64,000 nt of DNA from Eubacteriales bacterium. Lineage in GTDB: Bacteria; Bacillota; Clostridia; Oscillospirales; CAG-272. The DNA is taken from the NCBI GenBank assembly GCA_045653705.1, contig JAZOMG010000044.1:10137-74136 (forward strand), in the 5' to 3' direction. Below the pieces are notes generated by a model that was given only the letters and a program-made list of their open reading frames with translations, had not been told where the DNA came from and made no database searches. Below, piece after piece: positions 1 through 11,068 of the stretch. Each line of letters opens with the position of its first letter. Within the stretch, counting starts at the first letter, position 1. Position numbers and translations under genes: made by a program.

Positions 1-2
1 AG

Positions 3-143
3 GTGTTTAAAAGAGAAGATACGGTTCGAGATGGAACTGCAAGCGATATAGACCTTGGTGATTGGCTTGTTATGAACGGTAAGGTCGATAGAGGTACTTA
101 CGACCAAAAACAAATCGAGGCAAAGGAATTGATGAAGGTGTGA
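3..143 (+). CDS. 3' end of a sugar transferase (priming glycosyltransferase), partial
   Basis: Open frame VFKREDTVRDGTASDIDLGDWLVMNGKVDRGTYDQKQIEAKELMKV*, resembling the C-terminal tail of clostridial bacterial sugar transferases; heads a polysaccharide operon. Confidence 0.6.
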   Translation: MFKREDTVRDGTASDIDLGDWLVMNGKVDRGTYDQKQIEAKELMKV

Positions 144-985
144 TGATGGAAATAATTGGTTGGAAATACTACAATCATGCAGCGATACCTACTGTTTTGC
201 CACATGAAATACCGAATATGTCCCCCATATCCGACGGTAATATATATAAAATACAAGGAGGAACACCTATACTTGCAAGATGGACAACTGATTGGGATTG
301 CGCAGAAATTACCAATTGGTGGTACGTGATAAAGGATACTCCTTTTGATATCGACCAGGTTAAAGCCAAAAGACGTTACGAAATCAAAAGAGGCGAAAAG
401 AATTTTGATGTTCAACGTATATTAAAGCCTGCGGAGTATTTCGATGAAATTCTTAATGTTCAAAGAGAGGCATTTTCAGCATATCCAGAGAAATATCGCC
501 CTATTGTTGACAAGGCAGTGTTTATGTCTCAGGTAAATCAATGGGAGCAACACGACACTTTCATATACGGTGCTTTTAGCAAAGAAAGCGGACGATTGTG
601 TGGGTACGCTTTTTTGAGTATGCAAGATATTGTTTTGAATTTTAATGTTTTGAAAACGGTGCCAACATATGAAAAATATGGTATTAACGCTGCTATAGTT
701 TATAAGGTGCTTCAGGATTTTAATCATTTGTTGGCGGGTGATATGTACATATGCGACGGATCACGTAACGTCTTGCATGAAACTGCATTTCAAGACTATT
801 TAGAAAAATATTTTGGATTTCGTAAAGCGTATTGCAAATTACATGTGGCATATAACCCTAAATTTAAAACGGTGATTTTGGTGTTGTACAAATTTAGGGG
901 GATACTAGGGAGACTGGATAACATAGCAATTATCCACAAAATTAACGGAATTCTTTTGATGCACGATATCGCAGAAGAGGTGTAG
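143..985 (+). CDS. Polysaccharide-locus protein, probable GNAT-fold acyltransferase
   Basis: ORF overlapping upstream stop (TGATG); GNAT-like segment (LCGYAFL...YEKYGINAAIV...YLEKYFGF). Confidence 0.55.
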   Translation: MMEIIGWKYYNHAAIPTVLPHEIPNMSPISDGNIYKIQGGTPILARWTTDWDCAEITNWWYVIKDTPFDIDQVKAKRRYEIKRGEKNFDVQRILKPAEYFDEILNVQREAFSAYPEKYRPIVDKAVFMSQVNQWEQHDTFIYGAFSKESGRLCGYAFLSMQDIVLNFNVLKTVPTYEKYGINAAIVYKVLQDFNHLLAGDMYICDGSRNVLHETAFQDYLEKYFGFRKAYCKLHVAYNPKFKTVILVLYKFRGILGRLDNIAIIHKINGILLMHDIAEEV

Positions 986-995
986 AGTAATAATT

Positions 996-1499
996 ATGTA
1001 TTACTTGTATAAACATAAAAAAAGTACATCGTATGGACCATGGGACGACAATGAAAGGTTCAAAATTATGAAGTTTGTTCCATGTCCATGGAAACTTGCT
1101 ATTTCTGATGAACACTTGACTGTTAAGATAATGATTGTGAGGCTGATTTTTTGGGCTATGACAAACGGTAGAGCAGAGATCGTTTATGTAGTGTCGGATG
1201 ACGGAGATATTATGCACACGTCATACTTGATTCCAAAATGCTACAAATTTGATTTTATGGGTAAGTATGATTTTGAAATTGGTCCGTGTGTTACAAAAGA
1301 GAAGTATAGAGGTAACGGTATATATCCGTATGTTTTAAAAGCAATTACAGAATCTTATGGAAATGGTACCACAGAGTTTTATATGATCGTAAGCGATGAT
1401 AACATATCGTCAATCAAGGGAATTGAAAAAGCTGGGTTTGAACGATGCGGAATGGTTAAGAAAACAAAAATATTTAAGCGATACCTAAAGGATGAGTAA
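996..1499 (+). CDS. GNAT family N-acetyltransferase
   Basis: Acetyl-CoA motif CVTKEKYRGNGIY and N..S...IEKAGF. Confidence 0.8.
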   Translation: MYYLYKHKKSTSYGPWDDNERFKIMKFVPCPWKLAISDEHLTVKIMIVRLIFWAMTNGRAEIVYVVSDDGDIMHTSYLIPKCYKFDFMGKYDFEIGPCVTKEKYRGNGIYPYVLKAITESYGNGTTEFYMIVSDDNISSIKGIEKAGFERCGMVKKTKIFKRYLKDE

Positions 1500-1541
1500 T
1501 TCAATATAAAATTATTGAAATTTTTGAATGTTGAGAGTATT

Positions 1542-2375
1542 ATGAGTAAGATAAATTGTTTTTCGGTTTCAATGTGTGTATACGGTGGAGATAATCCTGA
1601 ATGGTTCGAAACAGCCGTTGAGAGTATACTAAATCAAACCGTATCTCCATCTGAGGTGGTGCTTGTTGTAGACGGTCCAGTTCCGGATGAACTAGACGCA
1701 GTGATAAAGAAATACGAAGTTAACGATATTTTTAAGGTTATTCGTTTTAAAGAAAACCAAGGGCACGGAAACGCAAGATGTGCCGGTATTGACGCTTGCA
1801 CTAACGAGCTTGTTGCGTTGATGGATGCGGACGATATAAGCCTACCCAGGCGCTTTGAAATACAGCTTTCTGTATTTGAAAACGATCCAACACTTGATAT
1901 AGTCGGCGGAAATATAACTGAGTTTATAGATACTCCAAACAATATAGTTGCAAAGCGTGAAGTGCCGCAATCGGATTTTGATATAAAGCAATACATGAAA
2001 AAACGTTGTCCGATGAATCAAGTTACGGTGATTTTCAAAAAGCAATCTGTTGATAGTGTAGGCGGATATATAGATTGGTACTGTGACGAGGACTACTATT
2101 TGTGGATACGTATGATGCTCGCAAATATGAAATTTGCCAATGTATCGGATACACTTGTTAATGTGAGAGTCGGTAAAGAAATGTACCAACGTAGGGGTGG
2201 TAAGAGATATTTCCAAAGCGAAGCGAAACTTCAAAAATATATGCTCGACAATAATATCATAGGCTTTGCAACATATTTCGTTAATGTAGCAAAAAGGTTT
2301 GTTGTGCAGGTTTTGCTCCCTAACAAGATAAGAAGTTGGGTATTTAAAAAGTTTGCAAGAAAAGGTGTAGAATAA
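1542..2375 (+). CDS. Glycosyltransferase family 2 (AmsE-like)
   Basis: FSVSMCVY...VVLVVDG...MDADD (DXD) and EDYYLW motifs. Confidence 0.9.
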   Translation: MSKINCFSVSMCVYGGDNPEWFETAVESILNQTVSPSEVVLVVDGPVPDELDAVIKKYEVNDIFKVIRFKENQGHGNARCAGIDACTNELVALMDADDISLPRRFEIQLSVFENDPTLDIVGGNITEFIDTPNNIVAKREVPQSDFDIKQYMKKRCPMNQVTVIFKKQSVDSVGGYIDWYCDEDYYLWIRMMLANMKFANVSDTLVNVRVGKEMYQRRGGKRYFQSEAKLQKYMLDNNIIGFATYFVNVAKRFVVQVLLPNKIRSWVFKKFARKGVE

Positions 2376-2406
2376 TTGATAATTAAAATAGGAGGATGTA
2401 TCTAAA

Positions 2407-3222
2407 ATGACAGAGTTACAGAGTAAATTGGTTGATATGCTATCTTGGTTCCACGATATGTGCGAGAAAAATGGGCTACGTTATTATATAATAGCTGGAA
2501 CTATGTTGGGTGCAGTGCGTCATAAAGGATTTATACCATGGGATGACGATATTGATGTCGGTATGCCTCGATCCGATTATGAAAAGTTGAGCAATATGGT
2601 ATGTGAAAAACAGGAGGGGAGATATATATTTGAATATCCATCATTGGAAAATAAAGAATATAATCAGCTATTTGCTAAATTATATGATACGCAAACTACA
2701 TTTATCGAAAAGCAGAGATATCCTATGAAAAGGGGAATTTATATAGATGTATTTCCTCTTGATGGCATCGGAAACAATGATGAAGATATTAAGAAAAATT
2801 ATAAAGTGTTTTATAGAAAATACGTGCTGAATTTGATGATTACCGGACCGTTTTTGAAAAGAAGATCCTTTTCAAAAAATGCAGCAGTTTTTCTAGGCAG
2901 AATTATTTCCCCTTTATTTGTAAATCGATATAAATTAGCCCAAAATATTGATGATATATGTAGGCGTTACGATTTTGATGAAATGGATTTTGTCTGTAAT
3001 TTAATGGGCGGGATCGGTGTAAGAGGATGTGTACCTCGTGAGTATTTTGGAAAACCAACATTAGTTCAATTTGAATCTTTGATGGTATATGGTCTTGAAA
3101 AACCAGATTTATACTTGAAGGCGATGTATGGGGATTATATGAAATTACCGCCTACCGAAAAACAAATTTCATTACACGATTCAATTGAGTATAATTTGAA
3201 TAAAAGTTATTTAGAGTCTTAA
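2407..3222 (+). CDS. LicD family phosphotransferase
   Basis: GTMLGAVRHKGFIPWDDDIDV, IDVFPLD and YGDYMKLPP motifs; AGGAGG RBS. Confidence 0.92.
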   Translation: MTELQSKLVDMLSWFHDMCEKNGLRYYIIAGTMLGAVRHKGFIPWDDDIDVGMPRSDYEKLSNMVCEKQEGRYIFEYPSLENKEYNQLFAKLYDTQTTFIEKQRYPMKRGIYIDVFPLDGIGNNDEDIKKNYKVFYRKYVLNLMITGPFLKRRSFSKNAAVFLGRIISPLFVNRYKLAQNIDDICRRYDFDEMDFVCNLMGGIGVRGCVPREYFGKPTLVQFESLMVYGLEKPDLYLKAMYGDYMKLPPTEKQISLHDSIEYNLNKSYLES

Positions 3223-3263
3223 ATATGTGATACAAAATTTGTAGTAGAAAGATGGTATAAGCT

Positions 3264-3689
3264 ATGAGAATTGGATACACCTGCGGTGTTTATGATTTGT
3301 TTCATGTAGGTCATTTGAATTTGTTTGAGCGGTGTAAGGAGCAATGCGATTACTTAATTGTTGGAGTATGCTCGGATGACTATGTCAGACAATATAAGAA
3401 TAAGAATCCTGTAATCATCGAGAAAGATCGAGCACGGATAGTTGCAGCACTAAAATGTGTTGACAGAGTAGAAATAATTTCTATAGAGGAAACTGTAGAT
3501 AAGGTTTTGGCATGGAACAAATTTAAATTTGATGTTCTGTTTTCAGGCGATGATTGGAAAGGGTCCGAAAGATTTATTGCTACTGAAAATGCATTTATGG
3601 AAAATAATATTAAAGCAGAAATGGTATTTTTTCCTTATACGGCTGGTGTATCAACTACACAAATAAAAAGCAATATGAAGGATAAATAA
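3264..3689 (+). CDS. Glycerol-3-phosphate (polyol-phosphate) cytidylyltransferase, TagD-like
   Basis: GVYDLFHVGH (HxGH), GDDWKG and YTAGVSTT motifs. Confidence 0.88.
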   Translation: MRIGYTCGVYDLFHVGHLNLFERCKEQCDYLIVGVCSDDYVRQYKNKNPVIIEKDRARIVAALKCVDRVEIISIEETVDKVLAWNKFKFDVLFSGDDWKGSERFIATENAFMENNIKAEMVFFPYTAGVSTTQIKSNMKDK

Positions 3690-3726
3690 GTGTTTTATAA
3701 CTGTATGGATAAGAGTATTGATACCG

Positions 3727-5034
3727 ATGTTTAGAATGAACTTTACGAAGATATTGATTATTTCCCATAATCCGATGTCAACATATCAAAATATGGGAAA
3801 AACTATGATGTCGTTGTTTGACGATTTTGGAAGTTTGGAACTTTGTCAACTATATATCTACCCATCAATTCCCGATGTTGATAAGTGTAACTCATATTAT
3901 CGCATAACCGATAAAGATGTTTTAAACTCATATTATAGATTCAAGGTTTATGGTAAAGAGATTACTCCTGAACTTAGCAATCATCAGATGTTCGCGTCTG
4001 AAAATGATGAGCATCTTTATCGAAACAAAAAAAACAAAACTTCTGTTCGTATGATAGCACGAGATGTTATGTGGAAGATGTCGCATTGGTTTAATTCGGA
4101 GCTTCGAGAATGGCTTGACAGAGAGGCGCCCACTTGTATTTTTGTAGCTCCGGGTACTGCGAAATTTTTATATGATATAGCGCTTAAAATATCAAAATAC
4201 AGAAATATACCGATAGTAACATATATATGCGATGACTATTACTTTGTAAAAAAGCCTTTTGGTATATTGAATAGGTTGCAGATATTGATGCTTCAAATAA
4301 AGATAGAAAAGCTTATTAAGCATTCTAAGCATCTCGTCCTTATTTGTGATGAACTAAAGGAGTATTATTCTAAAAAATTTGGATTACCTTCAACTACAAT
4401 TATGACGGGCTCAAATTATCCTGTGGAATCAGAAATACACGTCTGTTATTTGCCCAAAACCGTTACCTATATGGGTAATATAAGATGTAATCGCTATCAT
4501 TCTTTGGTGGATATTGGACGAGCTTTAGATGAGATAAACGCCGAATACGGTACCGATTACGGACTGGATATATATAGCGGAGAAAAGGATCAGTCAATCT
4601 TGTCTCTTTTTGAAGGAATAAGATCGATAAACTTTTGCGGATTTGTAGGCGGAGCAGAGTTTGACCGAGTATTTCGCTCATGCGAAATATTGCTTCATAC
4701 AGAGGCATTTGATGAAAAAAGCATTGATACTGTAAAGCGTTCAGTGTCTACTAAAATTGCGGATAGCCTTGGAAGCGGTATACCGATGATGGCCTACGGA
4801 CCTGATAGTGTGTCATCAATGAAACATTTGATAAGAAATGATTGCGCTATATGCATTACATCTAAAAGTGAATTAAAATCTAAACTGTTATCGGTGTTTT
4901 CTGATGCCGATGCGTTAAAGAGAGTTGCCCAAAATGGCTTAAAAACAGCGCTTAGATACCATGATACAAGTAAGACCAGTAGATATTTTTATGATTTAAT
5001 GAGGAAAATCAATGAAGGTACTGCAAGTAAATAA
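3727..5034 (+). CDS. Glycosyltransferase (GT-B fold, GT4-like)
   Basis: Long ORF in operon; C-terminal LLHTEAF...STKIADSLGSGIP motif; start uncertain (3718/3727/3736). Confidence 0.7.
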   Translation: MFRMNFTKILIISHNPMSTYQNMGKTMMSLFDDFGSLELCQLYIYPSIPDVDKCNSYYRITDKDVLNSYYRFKVYGKEITPELSNHQMFASENDEHLYRNKKNKTSVRMIARDVMWKMSHWFNSELREWLDREAPTCIFVAPGTAKFLYDIALKISKYRNIPIVTYICDDYYFVKKPFGILNRLQILMLQIKIEKLIKHSKHLVLICDELKEYYSKKFGLPSTTIMTGSNYPVESEIHVCYLPKTVTYMGNIRCNRYHSLVDIGRALDEINAEYGTDYGLDIYSGEKDQSILSLFEGIRSINFCGFVGGAEFDRVFRSCEILLHTEAFDEKSIDTVKRSVSTKIADSLGSGIPMMAYGPDSVSSMKHLIRNDCAICITSKSELKSKLLSVFSDADALKRVAQNGLKTALRYHDTSKTSRYFYDLMRKINEGTASK

Positions 5035-6217
5035 TTGCTATAAAAGCGGTAGTACAGGCAAGATAGTTGCCGATATTCACGCTGAATTACAAAAGCAGGG
5101 AGTCGAATCTATAGTTTGCTATGGTCGAGGTAAGAAAGTTCGAGAATCGAATGTGCGTAAGACCTGCGCAGAGATGTACTCTAAGATTAATAATTTGAAT
5201 ACAAGAATCACTGGAATTATGTATGGCGGTTGCTTTTTTTCAACAAACAGGCTTATATCAATTATAAAAAAGGAGAAGCCCGATGTCGTGCATTTGCATT
5301 GTATCAACGGATATTTTGTAAATATATACAGATTGATTGAATGGTTAAAGAAAAATCATGTTAAGACAGTTTTGACGCTACACGCAGAGTTTATGCATAC
5401 CGCAAATTGTGGACATGCCTTTGAATGTGAAAAGTGGATAGCAGGCTGCGGTCATTGCCCTCGTTTTAGAGAAGAAACGAAGTCGTGGATCTTTGATAGA
5501 ACTTCAAAATCATGGATGAAAATGAAGATGGCATTCGACGGTTTTAATGATAATTTGATTATTACATCAGTCTCGCCGTGGCTTATGGAACGTGCAAAGC
5601 AATCTCCGATATTAGCCGATAAAAAACATTGTGTTGTTTTGAATGGTTTAGACACTGAAATCTTTAAACCTTATGATACATCGAAATTAAAGGCCGAGCT
5701 TGGTATCAAAGATGAAAAAATTGTATTTCACGCAACCCCAACATTTAATAATGATCCTAACCATATAAAAGGTGGGTATTATGTATTAAAGCTTGCTGAA
5801 ATGATGAAAAATGAGAATGTAAAAATTGTAGTTGCGGGCAGATATGATAAGGATTTATCAATACCTGCCAATGTAATATTATTGGGGCAGATTTGTGATC
5901 AAAAATTGTTGGCACGCTTGTATTCGATGGCGGACGTGACAGTACTTGCAAGTAAAAAAGAAACCTTTTCAATGGTTACAGCAGAGTCACTGTGTTGCGG
6001 AACACCAGTTGTAGGCTTTAAAGCAGGAGCACCTGAGATGATTGCTTTGAGAGAGTGCTGTGAATTTGTGGATTACGGAAATATCGAATCGTTGAAACGG
6101 GCTGTCGAATTGAAAATATGCAGTGAATACCAGTCTGAAGAAATTGCCTATATAGCTTCAAATAAATATGGAAAACATGTTATGTTGAAAAATTATATGG
6201 GAAAATACAAAATTTAA
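5012..6217 (+). CDS. Glycosyltransferase family 4 (WcaC-like)
   Basis: GSTGKI N-terminus, VHLHCING, ETFSMVTAESLCCGTPVV (EX7E). Confidence 0.9.
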   Translation: MKVLQVNNCYKSGSTGKIVADIHAELQKQGVESIVCYGRGKKVRESNVRKTCAEMYSKINNLNTRITGIMYGGCFFSTNRLISIIKKEKPDVVHLHCINGYFVNIYRLIEWLKKNHVKTVLTLHAEFMHTANCGHAFECEKWIAGCGHCPRFREETKSWIFDRTSKSWMKMKMAFDGFNDNLIITSVSPWLMERAKQSPILADKKHCVVLNGLDTEIFKPYDTSKLKAELGIKDEKIVFHATPTFNNDPNHIKGGYYVLKLAEMMKNENVKIVVAGRYDKDLSIPANVILLGQICDQKLLARLYSMADVTVLASKKETFSMVTAESLCCGTPVVGFKAGAPEMIALRECCEFVDYGNIESLKRAVELKICSEYQSEEIAYIASNKYGKHVMLKNYMGKYKI

Positions 6218-6238
6218 TGTTATGTTGGATATAAAAAT

Positions 6239-7495
6239 ATGAATGATATAAACAATTTGGATATGGAAAAAAAACGAGTTTTAATATTTGAAACAATAGT
6301 GTTATTTGGCGCATGCTTTTTTGTTTTCATTGCACCTTTTAGATTTATTTCTGTTACATCATACACTGTATTGATGTTTGTTGCAATTGCGTTTTTATAT
6401 CTTACGACAGGAGTTGGGATATATAAAAACTTTCAAATTCCTTCGGAAAATATACTCTTATATATTTATGTTTTGATTTGTTTCTTTTCGTTGTCTTATT
6501 CGGTATCTAAAATGGCTTCGATAAAATACTGTATCGTATTAATTTTATGTTTACTGCTTCAAATTTATTTTTTAAGAACAAAGGAGTGGGTCAAACGTTT
6601 TGAACATATATTGTTGATAATTGCATTGGTTAATGCGTGTATTACAATATTGAGCTATTTGAATTTTGGCTTGTTTCAAAGTATTTTTAGTCGACTGATT
6701 ACTAACGATGCTATGTCGTTTGCTATAAATGCGAAAGTATTGTTTAACGGATACTCTGGTATCATGGGACAAACAGGTAATAATGCTTTTACAATTGTAC
6801 CTCTTGTCATCATTGCTTTTTCAAGAATCAGAAATCGACAAAAAGTAATATCGGCTTGGATATATTTTATCTTGTCTGTGGCCGCGTTATTTTTGACCAA
6901 TAAACGCGGAGCTCTTTTGTGGGGGCTTTTTGCCATAATTTTTATCTTTTATTTGAAAGAGAAAAAAAGAAATAAGAATATTGTAAATCATATCATAAAG
7001 TTAGTTTTTTTTGTTATTGCTATTTTGCTGGTCTTATATTTACTCTATAATTTTGTTCCGGTGGTACAAAATGTAATACAGAGATTTTTTGGCAGTACAG
7101 ATTCGGATCTATCGTCAGGTCGTTCTGTTTTATTTAAAAGAGCAATAGAAATTATAAAAAACCATCCTTTTGGGGTCGGTATTGATGCTTATTCAGCGGC
7201 ATACGGAGAAAATGTTCATAATGATTTTTTGCAACTCACAGCAGAAGTTGGTGTTGCGGGTATGCTTCTGTTTTTCTTGTTTTATCTATTGGTTTTTATA
7301 AAAGGAATAAAGAGTTATATCGTTTCGGATAATAAATACGATATTCAAATGGAGGAAGTCCTGGGTCTGTTGATTTACCAGTTTCTATCTTGTATTACGT
7401 TGTTTCCAATTCACTCATATGGCTTTTGTATACAAGTGTTTTTATGTATTACAGGGCTTCAAGCGCTTTCGAGAAAAAAGAGGGATAAAATATGA
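6239..7495 (+). CDS. wzy: Wzy polymerase / O-antigen ligase family membrane protein
   Basis: Many TM segments; SSGR...HP.GVG...HNDFLQ Wzy_C signature. Confidence 0.8.
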   Translation: MNDINNLDMEKKRVLIFETIVLFGACFFVFIAPFRFISVTSYTVLMFVAIAFLYLTTGVGIYKNFQIPSENILLYIYVLICFFSLSYSVSKMASIKYCIVLILCLLLQIYFLRTKEWVKRFEHILLIIALVNACITILSYLNFGLFQSIFSRLITNDAMSFAINAKVLFNGYSGIMGQTGNNAFTIVPLVIIAFSRIRNRQKVISAWIYFILSVAALFLTNKRGALLWGLFAIIFIFYLKEKKRNKNIVNHIIKLVFFVIAILLVLYLLYNFVPVVQNVIQRFFGSTDSDLSSGRSVLFKRAIEIIKNHPFGVGIDAYSAAYGENVHNDFLQLTAEVGVAGMLLFFLFYLLVFIKGIKSYIVSDNKYDIQMEEVLGLLIYQFLSCITLFPIHSYGFCIQVFLCITGLQALSRKKRDKI

Positions 7496-8583
7496 AAATA
7501 GGTATAGCGACATTTAGTAATTCGCTGAGTTATGGAGCTATGCTCCAAGCATACGCTTTGAAAAAAGCTATTGAAAGAATGGGATATGAAGTAACTGTTC
7601 TTGGATGTTCGAAAAAGTATAGTTCTATTGGTTACTGGAAAAATTCATATATCAAATTGAAATCAATTAAGGAAAATAGATTTAAGCATTTTATTAGATT
7701 ATCGTGTTTTTGGTTGTTCCAAAAACACTCCTTTGAATATAAGGCAAAAAGATTTGAAAATTTCAAAGTACATTATTTGTGTGGAAATAATGAGGACTAT
7801 GATTTATTGATTTGTGGGAGTGATCAGATTTGGAATCCCGAAATAACCAACGGATATTCGAATTTATTTTTTGGAAACGATGGTAAAGGATCTCCTTCTA
7901 TTGCGTATGCAGGAAGTGTAGGGGATATAAAGGTTATTGAAAAATATGGTACTAATGAATTTATAAAAAAATTAGAGCGTTTTGAGAATATATCATGTCG
8001 TGAAGATAGTTTAAATAGTTTTTTGATTAGCAAAGGAGTTTCTTCAACAGTGGTGTTAGATCCTACCTTGCTTATCACTCATGATATGTACGATCAGATT
8101 CTTAGTGAATGTGTAGATAAAAACTATAGTAATTATATTTTTGTTTTTAGATTAGGGAAATCCAATTTGCTAACAAAAGTAGCAAGGAAAATCGCAAAAA
8201 AGAAGAAATTAAAAATTGTTACATTGCAAGGCTCTGGTATCCCGGTGGTGCCGCAAATGAATGTATTTGGTGATAGTTCACCTAATGAATTTATTAGTCT
8301 GATTAAAAATGCTGAGTATATTATTACAGATTCTTTTCATGGCTTGGCATTATCACTTGTGTATAAAAAGGATTTTAATGTTATCCTTCCAATACGTCGT
8401 AAGGATAGATTGGAAAATCTGTTGAATCTTTTAAATCTTAATAGTCGCATAGTAAATGATATTGAAAATGTTGACGATTCTCCCATAACATATTTTGCAG
8501 TTGATAGAATTTTATCTGATTATCAAGAGCACTCAATCAATTATTTGAAGGAAAATATACATAAAATCGATGAAACCATATAA
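7492..8583 (+). CDS. Polysaccharide pyruvyl transferase family protein
   Basis: YGAMLQAYAL, GSDQIWN, SCRE, DPTLL, TDSFHG motifs. Confidence 0.9.
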   Translation: MKIGIATFSNSLSYGAMLQAYALKKAIERMGYEVTVLGCSKKYSSIGYWKNSYIKLKSIKENRFKHFIRLSCFWLFQKHSFEYKAKRFENFKVHYLCGNNEDYDLLICGSDQIWNPEITNGYSNLFFGNDGKGSPSIAYAGSVGDIKVIEKYGTNEFIKKLERFENISCREDSLNSFLISKGVSSTVVLDPTLLITHDMYDQILSECVDKNYSNYIFVFRLGKSNLLTKVARKIAKKKKLKIVTLQGSGIPVVPQMNVFGDSSPNEFISLIKNAEYIITDSFHGLALSLVYKKDFNVILPIRRKDRLENLLNLLNLNSRIVNDIENVDDSPITYFAVDRILSDYQEHSINYLKENIHKIDETI

Positions 8584-9973
8584 ATCGCTTTTTAAAAACA
8601 CAGCATTTATATTTTTAGGGCAATTTGCCTCTAAAATTCTTACATACTTATTGCTTCCCTTATATACGTATGTTCTTACAACTGAAGAGTATGGTACATA
8701 CGATTTTATAGTGACAACGATTTCACTATTATTGCCCATCGTTACTGTAGATATATTTGAGGCGTGTTTCAGATTCGCTCTTGATGAAAATTCTAGTCAA
8801 AACCAAATTTTTTCGATTGGGATGTACATGGTTTTATTGTCTATTGTAATCGTTTTGTTGTTATATCCGGTATCGATTTTTATTTCAATTTTAAATCAAT
8901 ATTATTTGTTATTTGTTCTTTTATTTGCATCTAATGTCATAAACACTTTTTTGATGCAATTTATAAGGGGATGTAAAAAAGTAAAGTTATATTCAGTTTG
9001 TGGATGTGTAAACACCATATTTTTGTTGACATTTAATATTTTATTCTTGATAGTATTTAAGTTTGGTTTGCCAGGGTATTTTTTTGCATATATACTGTCA
9101 GGATTATTAACCAATGCCATAATAATAGTATCCATTCGCGCGTGGAAATACTGGTTGCCGCTAAATAAAATAGAAATGCCCCTGTTCAAACGGCTAATAA
9201 AATATTCTGTTCCTATGATGCCGAACTCAATTTGTTGGTGGATAAGCAATTCTTCCGACAAGTATATGTTACAATATATGTCAAGCACAGTTCAGTTGGG
9301 AATATACTCTGTATCTTATAAAATACCGTCGGCCTTATCCATTGTGAGTTCCATTTTCATGAGTGCATGGAGTATATCTGCAGTCGAAGATTTTGGTTCT
9401 GATGAATCAAAAAAAATGTTTTCGAATATATACAATACATTTTTTGGAGTAATAAGTGTCGCAACATCAATATTAATTTTACTTTCAAAATATGCTGCGG
9501 GATTTATATATCAAAAAGATTTTTTTATTGCTTGGAAATGTTCGGTAATTCTCCTGCTTGCATTCCTTTTTAATTGCCTATCTGCATTTCTCGGTACAGT
9601 GTATATATCTGCAAAAAAAACGAATATGGCTTTCATTTCAACATCGATTGCGGCAATATGTAATATAGTGTTGAATTTTCTTTTAATACCGATTTGGGAT
9701 GTTTATGGGGCGGCGATAGCGACACTTGTTAGTTATATTGTCGTTTGGTGTATTCGGTTGATACACACAAAAAGAATTATAAATTTTAAAAAGGACAATA
9801 TAAAGCATATTATTTCAATCCTGTTGTTATTTGTAGAAGCTGTAGTTATTCTTTATCAAATTCGATATTGTTATTTACTGTCTGTGTGTATACTTACCAT
9901 AATCATTTTTTTGAATTTAAAAATTGTTATTCAATTGTTCAGAAAAAAGATTTGTAAAATTAAAAATATTTAA
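8570..9973 (+). CDS. wzx: Wzx flippase (polysaccharide exporter, MOP family)
   Basis: 12-14 TM pattern; LLLPLYTYVLTTEEYG, NFLLIP..GAAIAT motifs. Confidence 0.88.
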   Translation: MKPYKSLFKNTAFIFLGQFASKILTYLLLPLYTYVLTTEEYGTYDFIVTTISLLLPIVTVDIFEACFRFALDENSSQNQIFSIGMYMVLLSIVIVLLLYPVSIFISILNQYYLLFVLLFASNVINTFLMQFIRGCKKVKLYSVCGCVNTIFLLTFNILFLIVFKFGLPGYFFAYILSGLLTNAIIIVSIRAWKYWLPLNKIEMPLFKRLIKYSVPMMPNSICWWISNSSDKYMLQYMSSTVQLGIYSVSYKIPSALSIVSSIFMSAWSISAVEDFGSDESKKMFSNIYNTFFGVISVATSILILLSKYAAGFIYQKDFFIAWKCSVILLLAFLFNCLSAFLGTVYISAKKTNMAFISTSIAAICNIVLNFLLIPIWDVYGAAIATLVSYIVVWCIRLIHTKRIINFKKDNIKHIISILLLFVEAVVILYQIRYCYLLSVCILTIIIFLNLKIVIQLFRKKICKIKNI

Positions 9974-10000
9974 TACCATAAAATATATAAGTTACGTAAA

Positions 10001-11068
10001 ATGGAGAAAATACCTATGAACTTATTCGAAAATAAAACATTACTTATAACCGGAGGCACGGGGTCATTCGGAAATGCAGTGCTCAATCGTTTTTTGCAAA
10101 CTAACATTGGAGAGATACGCATATTTTCTAGAGACGAGAAAAAACAGGATGATATGCGACATGAATTTCAGGCAAAGATGCCAGATGTGGCAGAGAAGAT
10201 AAAATTCTATATAGGTGATGTACGTGATATTCAATCCGTTCGCAATGCGATGCACGGAGTTGATTACATATTCCACGCTGCCGCTCTCAAGCAAGTTCCA
10301 TCTTGTGAATTTTTTCCTATTGAAGCTGTCAAAACAAATGTTTTGGGAACGGAAAATGTTCTAACAGCCGCAATTGAAACTGGAGTTGAAAATATCGTAT
10401 GTCTTTCTACGGATAAGGCTGCGTACCCTGTCAATGCTATGGGTACTTCCAAGGCAATGATGGAAAAGGTCATAGTTGCCAAGTCGAGGACGGTATCTCT
10501 CGAAAAGACAAAAATATGCTGTACCCGTTACGGGAATGTTATGTGCTCTCGTGGATCGGTTATTCCGTTATGGATAGAACAGATAAAGAATGGTAAGCCA
10601 ATCACTATTACAGATGGAAAAATGACGCGCTTTATTATGTCTCTTGACGAGGCTGTAGATCTTGTTTTGTTTGCTTTTGAGCATGGCGAAAGCGGTGATA
10701 TCCTTGTGCAGAAAGCACCTGCCTGTACCATTCAGACCCAGGCGGAGGCTGTTTGCGAGCTTTTTGGCGGAAATAAAAACGATATAAAGGTCATAGGAAT
10801 ACGCCACGGAGAAAAAATGTACGAAACGCTCCTCACAAATGAAGAATGCGCCAACGCAATTGATATGGGAAATTTTTATCGAGTACCCAGTGATAAGCGC
10901 GGACTTAACTATGATAAATATTTTACAAAGGGTGATATTGATCGTAATACTCTAACTGAATTTAATTCAAATAATACAGAATTGCTAAATGTTGAGCAGG
11001 TTAAAGATAAGCTTTTATCTCTTGAATATATACGTATGGAACTCGAGTCTTTGGAGGGGAATAAATGA
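10001..11068 (+). CDS. fnlA: UDP-GlcNAc 4,6-dehydratase/epimerase (FnlA/CapE/WbjB type)
   Basis: GGTGSFG, SRDEKKQ, AAALKQVPSCEF, STDKA, RYGNVM.SRGSV motifs; alternative start 10016. Confidence 0.88.
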   Translation: MEKIPMNLFENKTLLITGGTGSFGNAVLNRFLQTNIGEIRIFSRDEKKQDDMRHEFQAKMPDVAEKIKFYIGDVRDIQSVRNAMHGVDYIFHAAALKQVPSCEFFPIEAVKTNVLGTENVLTAAIETGVENIVCLSTDKAAYPVNAMGTSKAMMEKVIVAKSRTVSLEKTKICCTRYGNVMCSRGSVIPLWIEQIKNGKPITITDGKMTRFIMSLDEAVDLVLFAFEHGESGDILVQKAPACTIQTQAEAVCELFGGNKNDIKVIGIRHGEKMYETLLTNEECANAIDMGNFYRVPSDKRGLNYDKYFTKGDIDRNTLTEFNSNNTELLNVEQVKDKLLSLEYIRMELESLEGNK